From Lama guanicoe (taxonomy: Eukaryota): a DNA stretch of 64,000 nt. Where the stretch lies: contig MU054212.1 of NCBI GenBank assembly GCA_013239625.1, positions 2,666,001-2,730,000 on the forward strand, written 5' to 3'. The notes under the pieces are model-generated. The model had not been told where the DNA came from and ran no database searches. It saw only the letters and a program-made list of their open reading frames with translations. The translations under genes were made by a program, and so were the position numbers. This document shows positions 24,891 through 38,678 of the stretch, piece by piece (the first letter of the stretch is position 1; every line of letters begins with the position of its first letter).

Positions 24891-26395
24891 CACTGTTTAG
24901 ATTTCAAAGGCTGTGTAGTCACTTTAACTCCCATTTCAGTTAAATAGACTCAAAGCTTATGAATCTTTTGGCATTAATAACAGTTACTACCAATAACTTA
25001 AAATTCATTAATTCACTCAAAAGTGTTGTCTCATTTGATCCATTTAACAATCCTGCAAGGTAAGTATAAGTCTCTTGACCCAAAAATATGGGATGTCTTT
25101 CCATTTATTTAAATGTTCTTTAATTTCTTTCAACAACGTTTTGTAGTTTCCAGGGTATTGGTTTTATATTTATTTTGTTACATTTATTCCTAAAGCGTAT
25201 TATTCTTTCTGATGTTACTGTAAATGGATTTCCCCCCCTTAATTCCATTTACACTTATTCATTGGAAGTTTATAGAAATACAATTGATTTTTACTTATTT
25301 TATTGATTCTTGTATCCTGCTTCCTAGCTGAACTCGTTTATTAGTTTTAACGGTGTTTTCATGAATTTGTTAGGATTTTCTACATATAAGATTGTAATAT
25401 GTGTGTATAGATAATTTTACTTCTTTCTTGCTCTTCTAGATGGCTTTTATTTCATTTTCTTGCTTAATTGCCCAGGTTAGAGCTCTTAGTACGGTGTTGA
25501 ATAGAGGTAGCAGTGACTTTAGACATCCTTGTCTCATTCTTCATTTCAGATATCCTTATCTTGTTCCTGATTTAAGGGGGAAAGCATTTCACCATAAAGT
25601 ATGATACTAACTGTGTGTCTTAAACCAACCTTGTATACTGAGATTAATATCATTTGGTCATGGAATTTAACACTTTTTGTGTTGCTGGATTCAGTTTGCC
25701 AGTACTTTGTTGAGAATTTTTGCATCTGTATTCATAAGGCATGTTGGTCTCTAGTTTTCTTGTTATGTCTTTGTCTGGTTTTAATATCAGGGTATACTGA
25801 CCTTACAGAATGAATTGAGACATGTTCCCTCTTCTAAGTTTTAGAAGACCTTGTGAACGATTAGCATTCATTTTTCCTTAGATGTTTTGTAGAATTCACC
25901 AGCAAAGCCATCTGGAACTGGGCTTGTCTCATGGATGCTTTTTTTGATGATTAATTCAATCTCTGTTTGGTAGCAGTCTATTCAGGTTGCCTATTTTCTT
26001 GAGTTTGTGTGTTTTAGGAATTTGTCCATTTCATGTAAGTTATCTAATTTATTGGTTTACAGTGGTCATAGTATTCACCTGTTCTTCTTTCTGTAAGATC
26101 AGTGGTAATGTCCCCTCTTTCATTCCTGAATTTAGCAGATTGAGCCTTCTCTCCTTTTTTCTTAGTTAGCCTGTGTAAAGATTTGTCAGTTTTGTTACCT
26201 GTTTCAGAGAACCAACTTTTGTTTTGGCTTTTTTCAGCTGTTTATCTATTCTCTATTCTGTTGACTTCTGCTCTAATCTTCATTAATTTTCTTTCATCTG
26301 TTTGCTTTACTTTTTATTTTACCCCCCCCCAGTATCTTAAGATAGAAAGTTAAGTTATTAATTTGAATCTTCCTTTTAAAATACAATTACCACAA

Positions 26396-26648
26396 CAGTT
26401 GACCTGTGAAAAACACAGGCTTGAACTATACTTCAAACCACTTTTGAAGTGTAAGGTACACTTATACTCAAATTTTTGTCAGTAAATACATATTATAGTA
26501 CTGCATCATCTGTGGTTGGTTCAATCTGCAGTTAAAGAACTTCTGTTGGATAGAGAGGGCCAACTGTAAAGATATATACAGATTTTCAACTGAACAAGGG
26601 TGTGGGGGATCAGTGCTTCTAAACCCCACATTGTTAAAGGGTCAGCTG
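26396..26648. mobile_element. Tigger3-like MITE
   Basis: Terminal inverted repeats cagttgacc...gggtcagctg|ta. Confidence 0.65.
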
Positions 26649-26664
26649 TATAAATCTGCCTCTA

Positions 26665-26839
26665 TTACACTGTATAGCACAGGGAAATATACACAAAATG
26701 TTATGATAACTCACAGAGAAAAAAATGTGACAATGAGTGTGTATATGTCCATGAATGACTGAAAAATTGTGCTGAACACTGGAATTTGACACAACATTGT
26801 AAAATGATTATAAATCAATAAAAAAATGTTAAAAAAAAG
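26665..26839 (+). mobile_element. Young 5'-truncated L1 3' end with perfect 15-bp TSD
   Basis: ataaatctgcctcta at 26650-26664 and 26840-26854; aataaa and A tail. Confidence 0.85.
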
Positions 26840-29800
26840 ATAAATCTGCCTCTAAACACTACTTTAGCTGCATCTTATAAATTTGAGTATACGTTGTATC
26901 TTCATTTTCATTCGTATCAAAGTATGGTCTGGTTCCCTTTGTAATTTCTTAATTGATCAACTGGCTATTTAGGAGTAATTATTTTCCATATATTTATGGG
27001 TTTCACTGATTTCTTTTTCTTCCTAATTTCATTCCATTGTAGTTAGAGTGTACATGTTCTATGATTTCAGTCCTTTTAAATTTATTGAAATTTGTTTTAT
27101 GTCTTAACATGTGGTCTATCTTGAGAATGTTCCATGTACATTTAAGAATGCTATTATTGGGTAGAGTAGACTGTAGATAGATGTGTTTAGGTATGGTCGA
27201 TTTAGAGTGTTGTTCAAGTATTTGATTTCCTAGTTCATCTTCTGCCTAGATGTTTATCTTTTACTGAAAGAAAGTGAAGGGGAGTATTGAAGTCTCCCAA
27301 GTAATATTCTATTTTTCCCTTCATTTATGTCAGGTTTTCTTCATATATTTTGGGCTGTTGTTTGGTGTGTAAATTTTTATAATTGTTAAATCTTCCTGAT
27401 TCATTGGCTGTCTTATTAATTATAAAATGACTGTCTTTATCTCTAGTAACACTTTTTGTTTTAATCTATTATCCGATATTAGTGTGGCTACTCCAGCTTT
27501 CTTATGGTTGCTGTTGCATGATATGTCTTTTCTGTCCTTTTACTTTAACCATTTTTGTATATTTGGGTCTAAAGTGTGTCCTAGGTAGCCAGCATGTAGT
27601 TGGATCCTGTTTTTAAATTCTGTTTTTAAATCTGCTTTTTGATTGGATATTTAATCAATTCACATTTAATGTTACTGATACAGTCGTACGTGGAGGCCTG
27701 CCATTTACTTTTGTTTCTGGTATTTCCTTTTTTTGTTGTTGTTCCTCTGTTCCTTCTTTCCTTTGCATCAAGTAAATGTCTTTTAGTGGTTGCTCTGGAG
27801 CTTACAGTATATATCTTACTAGAATTTACTTCACATTTATATTAACTTATTTCAGTGAGATATAGAAACATTTCTCCTATTCAGTTCACTTCCTTTCTAA
27901 TTTTTGTGCTATTATTACTCTATATATTGCATCTAGATATGTTACAAACCCAACAATACCTTGTTATATAGTTAATACCTTATATCTTTTAAAGATGCTG
28001 AGAGAAGAAAGGAGCACAAGGATATACTTGTAGCATTTGTTTTATTGCCTTCTTATTTAACATTCCTGGTTTTCTTCATTTGTTCCTGTATATTTGAGTT
28101 ACCATCTGAAGTCATTTCCTTAGTGCAATACAACTTTGCTCCCACCTGCTTCCTTTGTGTTATTGTTCATAAATATATTACATTCCTATATGTTATAGAT
28201 TCAATGATACAATTATATGTATTGTTCTATACAGTTTTTAAAAAACCAAGACAAGACAGTAATATGCAGTTATACTGTAAAATTATAAATTAACTTTACC
28301 AGTGCCCTTTTTCATGTGAATTTGAGTTACTTTCTGGGGTCTCTTGTTTTCAGCCTGAAGAACTTTATTTAGTATTTCCTGTATTCTGTGTCTGCTAGCA
28401 ACCAATCCTCTAAGTTTTTACCTGGGGAATATCTTTATTTTGCCTCCTTTTTTGAAAGCTATTTTTAGTGAGTATCTGACTGTTGGTTGATAGTTTTGTT
28501 TTACTTTGTTTTTGCCAGCAAGTGGAATATGCTATCCCACTGCTGTCTGGCCTCCATTTGTTCTGACGCGAAGTTAGCTGTTAATCCTAATGGGGGCGGT
28601 TTTCTTGTACATTTTTCTCTTATTTTCAATATTTCCTCCTTGTCTTTGATCATTTTTATCATAATGTGTCTTGGTGTAGCTCTTTTTGCATTTATCCTAC
28701 TTAGTTTGTTGAGCAATTTGGAAGTTTAGATTATTTTTCATCAAATTTGGAAAATTGTTAGCCATTATTTCTTTGAATAATTTTTTCTGTTCCCGCATAC
28801 CTCTCTCTGCCTCCCTCTACCCCCCCCCCCAGTACTCACATTATACCTGTGCTGGTATGCCTATCACTGTCCCACATTTCTCTGAAGCTCTGTTCATTTT
28901 TCTTTAGTTTTTTTTTTCTCTTTGGACTGCATAATCTCTATTGATCTATCTTCAAGTTCACTGACCTATTTTCTGCTCATTCAAGTCTGCTGTTGAGCTT
29001 CTTTAGTGAAATTTTTATTTCAATTATTGTACTTTTTAACTACAGAATTTCTTTTCTTTTAAATAATGTCTCTCTAATGGTATTTTCTGTCTGATGAGAT
29101 ATCATCATATCTTCCATTGCTTCTTTAACCATGATTTCTTTTAGTCTTTTGAACATATTTATAACGGTTACTTTGAAGTCTTTGTTAAATCTGACATCTG
29201 TTCCCTCTCATAACAGGTTTCTGTTGCCTGCCCCCCACCCCCCCCAATTTTTTTTTTCTGTGCCACACTTTTCTGTTTCTTTGCATGTGTCGTAATTTGT
29301 TATTCAAAACCAGTATATTGTACCAATTCTAAATACTGGTCCTTACTCCCTAGAGTGGGTTATTATTATTTGTTTATTTTTAAATGTCTGGGTGGATTAC
29401 TTTGGTGAAGTCTGTTTTCACCACAGAGTACAGCCTTGGGCATAAGCACAGCCACCCTGGTATGACAGAGGACTCTTTTTCACTATTTCTTTCTCTAGTC
29501 TCTCTATTAAGCTTTCTGCCTCTGCTAGTATCATGCCTAGCTATTAGTCTCCACTCATTGGCACCCAGTTATTCTCTTATTTTCAACAGTGCCCTGGGGC
29601 CTAACTTGCTCTATAGCCTGATCCAATTAAATATGGACTCCTTTAGAGAGATGGTGTTTGAGGTCATTGTCTGAGGTTTGTTCTGACCCCAAAAGGGCCC
29701 TTCTTAGTTGACTTTTTATCTTATTCTCTCTGGTAAACTAGAGAAAGGCCTATGGCTTAGCTTGTGTCTGTCATGAAGCTACCAATAGCCTTTTAATTGT

Positions 29801-30404
29801 TTATTGTATTTGAGAGTGCCTTTAGCCTTGACCTTTCCCACACTCTGTTTGAAATAGTTTCTCTAGGGAGATATTTGGAGCAGGGACCCAGGACCTTGGC
29901 ATGGTCCTTTCTGAATGATAACCCTGCTTTAGGAGTGGGGTACTGGGCATAGGTGGTAGCCTCTGGTCTTCCCTGCTTACCTCTTCCAGCATGAAACCTC
30001 CACCCTTTGAAAGAACTGGGGTGAAGGTGATCGGGGCCCAAGTATTCTTAGTATGCCATCTCTGGGGTAGAGTCTTCCCTTTATGAGTAGGAATGAGTGA
30101 AACAAGGAGCCTGGAAACTCTTGGATGCACTTGTCTTAAATTTGTTCTCTGTTGTATGTAGCTTGGGGTGGCAGAGATGAACGATGCTAGTGGCCTTCTC
30201 GTCCCAGGAAGATGCCTCCCAGGGAGCTTGAGAGAGGGAGGCCCTGTGTTGGCCACGCTGGCCGAGCTGAGAAGGGAGAGGGAGTGGGTCGTGGTTCAGA
30301 TGCCACAGATTCTTGCTGTTCTTACTGAGTTTTAGTAGATCCTCTTTAATAATTGTCTAGTCGTTTTCTCAATGCCTTAGGGCAATTTCCAAAGATTTTA
30401 AATG

Positions 30405-30596
30405 GTTTTTTTTAACATTTTTTAATTGAGTTATAGTCATTTTACAGTGTTGTGTCAAATTCCAATGTAGAGCACAATTTTTCAGCTATATATAAACATA
30501 CATATATTCGTTGTCACATTCTTTTTTGCTGTGAGCTACCACAAGATCTTGTATATATTTCCCTGTGCTATACAGTATAATCTTGTTGATCTGTTC
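30405..30596 (-). mobile_element. Young L1 3' end, same type as 26665-26839
   Basis: Reverse complement carries gtatagcacagggaaatata...gaatttgacacaacactgtaaaatgactataactcaattaaaaaaatgttaaaaa. Confidence 0.75.
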
Positions 30597-31694
30597 TTAA
30601 ATGATTGTTTTTAAAAATAATTTTCACTAGTTATGCTTGTTTTGCTGGAGAATGACTTTGTTGAGCTCTTCATGCTGCCATTCCAGAAATCTAACTCCAG
30701 CTATGAATATTCTTGTTTGTGTCTCCTACTTACAAGTACACGAATTTCTTTAGAAATGGGAACCAGTTTGGCATAATCACGTAGATTTGAACAAAGCAGC
30801 TGTACCAAATTACCACCATCAAGATGCTGCTGCACATCTCTCTCACACTTAATATTGTCATTAGACTTCTTAATTTGTGCCTGTCTAGGCAGGTATAAAG
30901 TGATATCTCACTGTGATCTTAATCTGCCTTTCCCCTTCATTGATATCAGTGTATCTTTTGTGCATTTTGGATATTCTTTCTTTGAATGTATGTGAACTAA
31001 AATTTTCTCCAGTTTTGTAGCCTATCACTTTACCTCATGATGTCTTTCGCCAAACAAAAGTTCTCTTAATATAGTTGAATGCATCAAACTTTACTTGTTT
31101 AAAAAAGTCTTTCCTATCCCAAGTTCAGAATGACAGTTTCTACATTGTGAGAAAGTTTAATAGTTTTTACTTTTTATCTTTGTATCCTAATGTCCTTGGA
31201 TTTTTGTATATAGTATGAAACTTTTCATCTTTTTCATATAGATAACTAATTGAACAAGCCCTATTTATTGAATAGTAACTCTTTTCCTCGCTGATCTACA
31301 GTGTTCTTAGGAAAATTTGATATGACCTATCTGTGCTGTTGGGGGTTTATTTGGGAGTTTTATATTCTATTCCATTGGTCAGTTTGTGTAGTCTTGTGCT
31401 ATACCATCTTACCTACTGTGGCTTAATAAATAGTTCAGTGTCATGAAGGAAACGTGTTTTCCCTTCTTTAGGAGTATCTCAGCCATGTGCTTACCTAGGC
31501 TTTTAATATTTTAAATAGTTTAGAGTGAAAACATTTTTTCCATATTATATGTGGTAATTAGTAGACATGAAATTCAGTATATACTGATTACTTTTTCAGA
31601 GCATTTTATAGCATTGAAAGAAATGGGAGAACAAAATATATGACAATTATGCTTCACTTACTAGCTCTCACATTTTGTTTTCTTTCAACTATAG

Positions 31695-31840
31695 GAACAG
31701 TTTTGATCAAAAGTAATAGTGGTCAGTTGATGTTGGTATCTCCTCAGCAAGCGGTAACAAGAACCGAGACCACAAGTAACATAACTTCAAGGCCAGCTGT
31801 ACCAACGAACACTCAAACGGTCAAAATCTGCACAGTGCCG
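31695..31840 (+). CDS. TAF4B: TAF4B coding exon 2
   Basis: ctatag|GA ACA GTT...GTG CCG|gtaata; (G)TVLIKSNSGQLMLVSPQQAVTRTETTSNITSRPAVPTNTQTVKICTVP, 146 nt. Confidence 0.95.
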
Positions 31841-32042
31841 GTAATATACCTTAAAGTTTTCTTCGTCTTCCTTAGTTTCCCAGCTGTTACCTTCATACAA
31901 ATGTGTATGTATTTGCCAGTAAAAATAATAGAAGAAATGATTCTGCTCAGTTTTTTGAATTAAGTGACTTTCTTTGAATATGTTAATTCAGTCAAGATTT
32001 TTTATTTTTGTCATTTGGTAAAAATTAAAAACGTGGTTTTCA

Positions 32043-32181
32043 GAGGGAAAGGTATAGCTCAGCCGTAGAGTACATGCTTAGCACGCACAAGGTCCTGAGT
32101 TCAATCCCCAGTACCTCTATTAAAAAATAAATGAATTAATAAATAAGCCTAACCCTTCCTTACATAATAAATAAAAATAAA
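32043..32181 (+). mobile_element. tRNA-derived SINE (vic-1-like)
   Basis: ggtatagctcagccgtagagtacatgcttagcacgcacaaggtcctgagttcaatccccagtacctc followed by an AT-rich tail. Confidence 0.8.
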
Positions 32182-33098
32182 CTGCCACTTTAACAAATGA
32201 AAAAAAATTAATCTTTATTCTCAAAAATTTTGTAGTCTTCAAGGGAATATTCAGAGGGCTATTTGCATCTCTAAATGTAAAGAAAATAAGCATTCTGCTT
32301 CAATTTTAATTTGTGGTAAAATAGCAACACTACAGTTTATAGTATTCATTTTTATCCATATCTTACAGGAATTACCTGTAAGAAATTCAGAAATCTGCTT
32401 ACTATTTCATTAACTTGGCATTGTTAAAAAATGATTTATTTTACATACATGATAATCTTTCTAGGGTAACTGAAGCTTATCTTGAGTGCCAGAGTTTGAA
32501 AAAATGTATTTTTATGGGTTAAATTTCTTTAGTTAAATTGAAAATGCTGAAGGTAGTATAGCATTTTCTTGATGAATCAGCCTCATCCTAACAGAAGATT
32601 TCATTGTAATGTGTGATATCATTTTCTGCCAGCCCCCCTACCCCCCACCCTGTTTTGTGCTCTTCCAGTTTGATTCCAGGTTCTTAGCCAGTCATTTTCT
32701 CTATTACTGTATCTGTCAATGATAGCTGCTCCTTCCGTTTCTTGTTTGCTGGGAGTTCAGAAGATAGGTTAGCAGATTTTTCTTTATAATCATACATTAA
32801 ATAGGATGTTTTATGTGGGAGCCAAAGAGTAAAATTCAAGATTTTAATGCTGAAATACTATGGTATTTATCTGTTTAACCAGTTGTTACGTTAAGAATAT
32901 GAAATGAGTGTCAGCTGGCCAGTTGACCAGTGAAGCTTATAGTAGAAAACGTACACAAAATCCCTAGGTTATAAAACCAGTTATAACAAAGACATTTGCT
33001 GTGATATAGTGTTTTAATGTCTGCCATAGTACTGATTGATTTTAAATTATTAATGTTAATGACTCTGTATTCTCTCTGCCCACCACCCTCCCACCCAG

Positions 33099-33206
33099 AA
33101 TTCTAGTTCACAATTAATCAAGAAGGTGGCAGTGGCACCTGTTAAACCGTTGGCACCAATAGGAACTACTGTGGTAACCACTGTTCCAAAGCCTTCCTCG
33201 GTACAA
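33099..33206 (+). CDS. TAF4B: TAF4B coding exon 3
   Basis: cccag|AAT TCT...GTA CAA|gtaagt; NSSSQLIKKVAVAPVKPLAPIGTTVVTTVPKPSSVQ, 108 nt. Confidence 0.93.
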
Positions 33207-33454
33207 GTAAGTTGTGACCGACTTGTGGCCATGTGAGCACCGGTTATTTTCTCATCTTTCATTATTACTTAGCTGTTTCTTGCCAGATGTATAAGTTGCT
33301 GACTATGTGACACTGAAGAGAGCAATTTGGTGTTATATGAGGGTACCTATCAAACTGGGAACTGTTGGAAGTATGGGAAACACAAAATGAACATCATATA
33401 TATTCTTGGAATATCAATTTTAGTTGAATATTGATCTAGATGCATCTAATAGTC

Positions 33455-34760
33455 ATGTGTTGCAGTATCTAGAAGCAGGTACTGGGATGGAATTTTGGTG
33501 TATGGGGTATTTATTAGGGATAGATACCTGTGAAGGGAAGGAGAGGAAGAGCGTGAACTAAATGTGGGCCCAGTTAAGGCCTTGGCCAACCTGACGGAGA
33601 GCTTTGGAGCAAATGTGGCCTCTCATAGTTGTCCCACTGTGTACCAGCATGGTTGGCTAGGCCTTAATTCCCCTCTGTGATCAGTCGATTCTTTGATGTC
33701 GATTCTCCAGGGAGAGTTGTGCTCATGGGCAAGATAATTCTCTGTGGCTGAGGCAGACCCTGAAGGAAGTGACAGTTGTCAGTCTAATAGCATTCCCAAC
33801 AGCTAGGATACACAAATCTCTCATTGTGATGGTATATCACAGTCTACTCCTTGCATCCCTGGGATCTATTTCCTCATACATGTTGGAAACCAGCTCTTCT
33901 TAGATCCCAGTGGGTTTCTTCCTTGGGGAAACAATGAGCAGGAGGTATAGGATGAACTAGAGTCCCCATTGCTGCACACGACCACCAACTCTGCTGATCT
34001 TGGCAGCTTAACTGGTAGTGTGACTAGACCTTCATTCCTTACGGATCTGAAGTCCAAATTGTCATGCTCTTTTGAGGCAAGAGTTGTTGCACTTGTTCAT
34101 TTATCACAATTGGTCAAGGAAATACCAAGAGGCAGTTGAGTAGATCACCTGGATTCACCACACATACTCCTCTTGGCTTCCATTGTGTAAAAGCAACACT
34201 ACCTATTCCAGATGTCAGGTCGGTTACCCCTGTCATGATAATGGCTCTTCTCTCTCCTACTGGTCCCTGGGCACAGGGAAGTTGAAGTGCCCAGGAAGCA
34301 GCCGTGGTGTCTAGTTTATAGGTACTTCTGCTTTGTTCTTTGGTGAAAGTGTACCACAGTGGGCAGGAATGGAAGCACAGAGCCCCCAGTGGGTCCTGGG
34401 GAGTGATGGTAAGTCAATCCATTTATCCTACTCCTTGATTCCTTGGTTCTTCATGTATTTGTCCTGTTACATAGTACCATACAGAATTTTTTTTGGTTCA
34501 GTGAGTACACTGAGTCTCTGGAGGATGGAGGATGGAATTCCATCTTCATAGAGTATTGCTTCTGAGTTTGCACTTCACCTGTGCCTTCTGCTGTTGTAGT
34601 ACTTTACTAGGCCAACAGCTTCTGGGTCATGCCATGTGTGATACAATCAGTAGATCCCATGGTGCTGGGACCACTGTTGCACTTACTTTGCAGTATAGAA
34701 ATTGCGTCTTCTTGGAGCATGTTATGTGAAATCCCATGCTGTAGATCAAACATGGTGTTT
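33455..34760 (-). mobile_element. MaLR/ERVL LTR plus internal sequence
   Basis: gaagcaggtactgggatggaattttggtgtatggggtatttattaggga and tctgtggctgaggcagaccctgaagga are MLT-like, followed by internal-type sequence. Confidence 0.5.
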
Positions 34761-35279
34761 GGTGTTCCAAAATTATTTAACCATATTGCTCCCATTCTTT
34801 TCCTGAACAGTGAATCTGATTTTAAACAGTTTTTTTCCCCCTAATAATGGCTACTTTTATTGAACTCTTAATGTGTTTGACACTTTTTAAGTGCTTTACA
34901 TTTCCCATCTCATCTCATTTCATCCTGTGACTATTCTATAAGGAAGGATTATCTCCATTTTATATTTATGAAAATGGGTTTAGAGAGGTTAAGAAACTTA
35001 CATGATTTCTGCTGATATGTAGCAAAACAGGGACTTGAGCCAAGGTCTCTGTCACTCTGGTCTTAATGACCTCTGTACTGACTGTCTCAAATTCTAAGCC
35101 CCACGCCCCCACACAACCCCTGGGTTATTCTAAGGAGCTCACTGGGCCAAAGGGTATGGATTTAGGCCTAGGGATACCTGCTGTGTGTTGTAGGAAATAA
35201 TTAATGTTTCTTAAAATGGGATTTTTTGATGATCAGTCAGATGTGAACATCACAGGGAGGTGTATGAAAGTGAAAGAGA

Positions 35280-35650
35280 CTAATTATACTCGCAGGTCCT
35301 AGAAGCTGGGCGGTGGGGGAGGTGGTAGGGCATGGCACACCATGCAGGGGGCCATATGGGAGGAGCACCCAGGGCAGACCCAACCAAACAGTGGGAATCT
35401 GAGAGAGAATGAGGACCCGGGGGCAGGTGCCTTAATTGAGGGCTTGTATGGAATACACAAGTAAAGGCATGAGGGGATTTCATTGGGGTTTTGCGTGTCA
35501 TTAGGTCACAGTCAGGAGGGCAGAAAGAACTTGTAGCAGGGACCAGCCTTATCACACTGGTGCACCTGGTCACCTGGGTGAGGTGCTCACAGCTTATTTA
35601 TGGGGATGTTGAGGCACCAGGAAAATAAGAAGTTTGAAGAATTGACAGTA
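35280..35650 (-). mobile_element. ERVL-like solo LTR fragment
   Basis: GC-richer block (tactcgcaggtcctag...gggaccagccttatcacactggtgcacctggtcacctgg) resembling MER54/MER77-type LTRs as recalled. Confidence 0.4.
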
Positions 35651-37898
35651 CAATTATTTTATGAAAGGGTTTTATCATTTCAGCAGTATTTTGAGTATAT
35701 CAGTATTTTTCATTGGATCTAGTTTTTAAAGATTTAGTACATATAGTTGTTCTAAAATGGTACATATGTGTTGCTTAATTTTTTTCATTGGATTATTTTT
35801 CCCTATATATGTCTGCCATTGCTATTTCCATGTGGGTTGTTTATACCTTTTCTTAATTTAGATTGATGTATATTTTAAGCTGAGTTGCTCTTCAGTGATA
35901 GGCTAAGGCAGTAGAAATTATCAGACGGTGAAATTAATAATATCTATGCATTTTCAGGGGTAAAGCATCTCAGTTTTAGGCATTTCTTGGAAATAAGGAG
36001 CTAGAATTTGGATGACTCTCCTTGAAATGCAGTTTAGTCTGTTAAATTTGCACATAATTCATTTCACTGGCTCTTTGTATAACTGACTTCCACAGATTTA
36101 TTTCACATATACCCAAGGTCTTTTCTCTCCTTTCCTCTAGACATGCCTAAGTAGGGCCACTGAAGGTCTTGCAAAGCATGAAAGTACTGTTGGCTGGTCT
36201 AGAATATCGAGAGTTATTTATGGTTGAGTTTAAGATAGTCCATCTATTACTGCAGTGTAATCACGTACCTAGAGTGAGACCGGGATGGTGCATCTCCATG
36301 CCTCTTAAGAGGTGGCCTTGGCATGGAAGGTGCAGGTATCTGGTACAGGTAGTAGCTACAGGTAGTGGCTATATTAGAAGGAGTTATGAAGGATACATTT
36401 TGTACTGGAGACAGAATAAAATATTGACAAAGAAAGTAGAAATGCTCTAAATGCTCCCTTTACTCATAAAAAATCGGACTCTTTTCCTCAGCTCGCATTT
36501 CATTGGGCCTTATTTTGCTTCAGAAGGAAAAGGGACAATACTCCCCTGAGGAACTGCTCCCACTAGTCCCGTGAAGTAATTATAATCACCAGCTAACATT
36601 CCAGATTACACTTCATTAAATACAGTGGTACAAAGAGTTAAAGGCAGAGTATGAAATAGACTTACCGAAGAAAGAGTATGTATTTACTGTACATAAACCT
36701 AAAACAAGTTTATTAAAAAATCTCCAAAAGGATTCAGAGGAAACTGCATAGTTGTTGTCCTTGAAGAGCAGGACTAAGGTTAAAATGGGAGGAAATTTGA
36801 TTTTCATTGTTGTCTTTGAGGTCTGTTTGTATTTAGTAAAATTATACTACTGTAGGTATGATTTTTAATTTTACTGTTTTTGCTTAACATTTCATCATGA
36901 GCTTTAATCTTCATCATTAATCAGTGTTTTTGGTTTCTTTCCCATTTTTACCTTCAAAAGTTTCTTGTCTAATATATGCTTCAGTCTTTTTAAAGTGGGA
37001 AATTTTGGTGTTACTTGAATTCACTTGTCTTGGCTATTGCAGAAATTTTCTTGAAGGTAATAGCAACCTGATCTTTTTGTGTTGCATGTGTGTAGAACAT
37101 AAGCATTTGAATTCAAATGATGGTGCAGTGTTCAGTTTTCTGTGTGAATTGTAAATACTATTCTATCCCCAGCCCCCAAACTTCACTCATTTTCTATAAC
37201 TTTCAGTGTTTGTCTTTAGAAGCAGGTTGTTGCTTTATCTCAGTATAGTTGTCTAAATTACTACCCAACCTGTGAGTTCTTGTATTAAACTGTTTATCCT
37301 GCAGGTGGTGCCATAATCACACCTCATTTAGTAGAGGATATAAGAGACAAATTCTTTTCAGTGTGAAAATAAGATAACCACATTTTGTAATATTTGTTAT
37401 GCCATTACTAATAGTCTACATAAAAGCAGCTTATCTGAATACAAGATGATCAGTAGATCTCTCAGCTTTATACTTAATAAAAAGCAGAATATTACAGATT
37501 AGGAAATTCTGTATTTTCATATAAAGACTTACTATTTCAAATCCTCAATATTATTTGAGGGCTGTGTGCTTAGCACTATTTTTCAAAAACATTCCCAGGA
37601 TAGTAGGTACCTTTGCTGTCCTTTTTTACAGGAAGGAATCAGAGAGTTCGCAATAATAAGTAACTTGCCTGAGGTCAGCGCTCAGCTGTCAGTGAAAAGC
37701 AGACAGCTAGATGAGAATGAAACTCAGAGCTGCTAGAATCCAGAGCTGGGACAATGGTTTACATTGATTAGACTAGTAGAGCATAACATAAAAGCAAGGA
37801 TGTCAAGATCCACTTAGAGACTGGGTGTGAAATGAGGCGCCCACCGTGACACATAGCGTAGTAATACGTAACTCAGCTTCTACTGCTTTTACTTTCAG

Positions 37899-38060
37899 TC
37901 TGTGGCTGTGCCAACCAACGTTGTCACAGTTACGCCTGTAAAGCCCTTGAATACTGTAACTACCTTGAAGCCTTCAAGTTTGGGAGCACCATCCATCCCC
38001 TCAAATGAGCCCCATCCCAAAGCAGAGAACTCAGCTGCTGCTCAGACTAACCTTTCTCCG
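37899..38060 (+). CDS. TAF4B: TAF4B coding exon 4
   Basis: ctttcag|TCT GTG GCT...TCT CCG|gtaagc; SVAVPTNVVTVTPVKPLNTVTTLKPSSLG...QTNLSP, 162 nt. Confidence 0.94.
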
Positions 38061-38165
38061 GTAAGCTCTCACTTGCACTTTACCTAAATACAGCTCTTTA
38101 CAAATTTTATTGATTTTATTTTCTAGCTAACGTGTGTAAGTGTTTGTTTCTATTTCTATATTTAG

Positions 38166-38288
38166 ACGATGCTAGAAAATGTGAAGAAATGTAAGAACTT
38201 TCTGGCAATGTTAATAAAACTAGCATGTAGTGGATCGCAGTCCCCGGAAATGGGGCAGAACGTGAAGAAGTTGGTGGAACAACTTTTG
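38166..38288 (+). CDS. TAF4B: TAF4B coding exon 5 (start of TAFH/NHR1 domain)
   Basis: tttag|ACG ATG CTA...CTT TTG|gtaagt; TMLENVKKCKNFLAMLIKLACSGSQSPEMGQNVKKLVEQLL, 123 nt. Confidence 0.96.
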
Positions 38289-38470
38289 GTAAGTTGGTAC
38301 TGTAAAATCTTGCAAGCTCTGTAAGTGTCCATAAAACATGTTTTAAATGGGAAACAAATATTTTAAAGTGAGGTTTATCTTACATGGATTTTTGGATAAA
38401 CTTTGCTTTTGCTTCTTAAAAGCTTTGTAATGATTATAAATCTTTGTAATGATTGTAAATCTATTCTATG

Positions 38471-38678
38471 CAGTTGTCCCTCAGTATCCATGAAGGTTGG
38501 TTCCAGAATTTGCCCTGTGTACCAAAACCCGTGGATGCTCAAGTTTCAGAGCCCTTGGTATCTGTTGGTTCCGCAGCTGTGGATTCAACCAACCACGGAT
38601 TGTTAAGCATAGTAGTAAACCGATCCGTGGTTGGTTGAATATGCGGGTGCGAAACGTGCGGGTGCGAAGGGCCGACTG
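38471..38678. mobile_element. Tigger/MER2-family MITE with internal hairpin
   Basis: TIRs cagttgtccctc / gaagggccgactg; perfect 18-bp inverted repeat at 38583-38600 and 38623-38640. Confidence 0.7.

Larger units (their letters stand above)
25070..31500 (-). mobile_element. Long old L1M (ORF2 part, ORF1, 5' region), antisense in TAF4B intron 1, with nested inserts
   Basis: Minus-strand peptide 28501-28716 (RINAKRATPRHIMIKM...LTANFASEQMEARQQWDSIF) is L1 ORF1-like; antisense ORF2-like text over 25070-27900. Confidence 0.75.

Noticed and set aside
29793..30256. 144-aa and 82-aa minus-strand ORFs
   Set aside because: Fall in the 5' region of the old antisense L1; no protein similarity.
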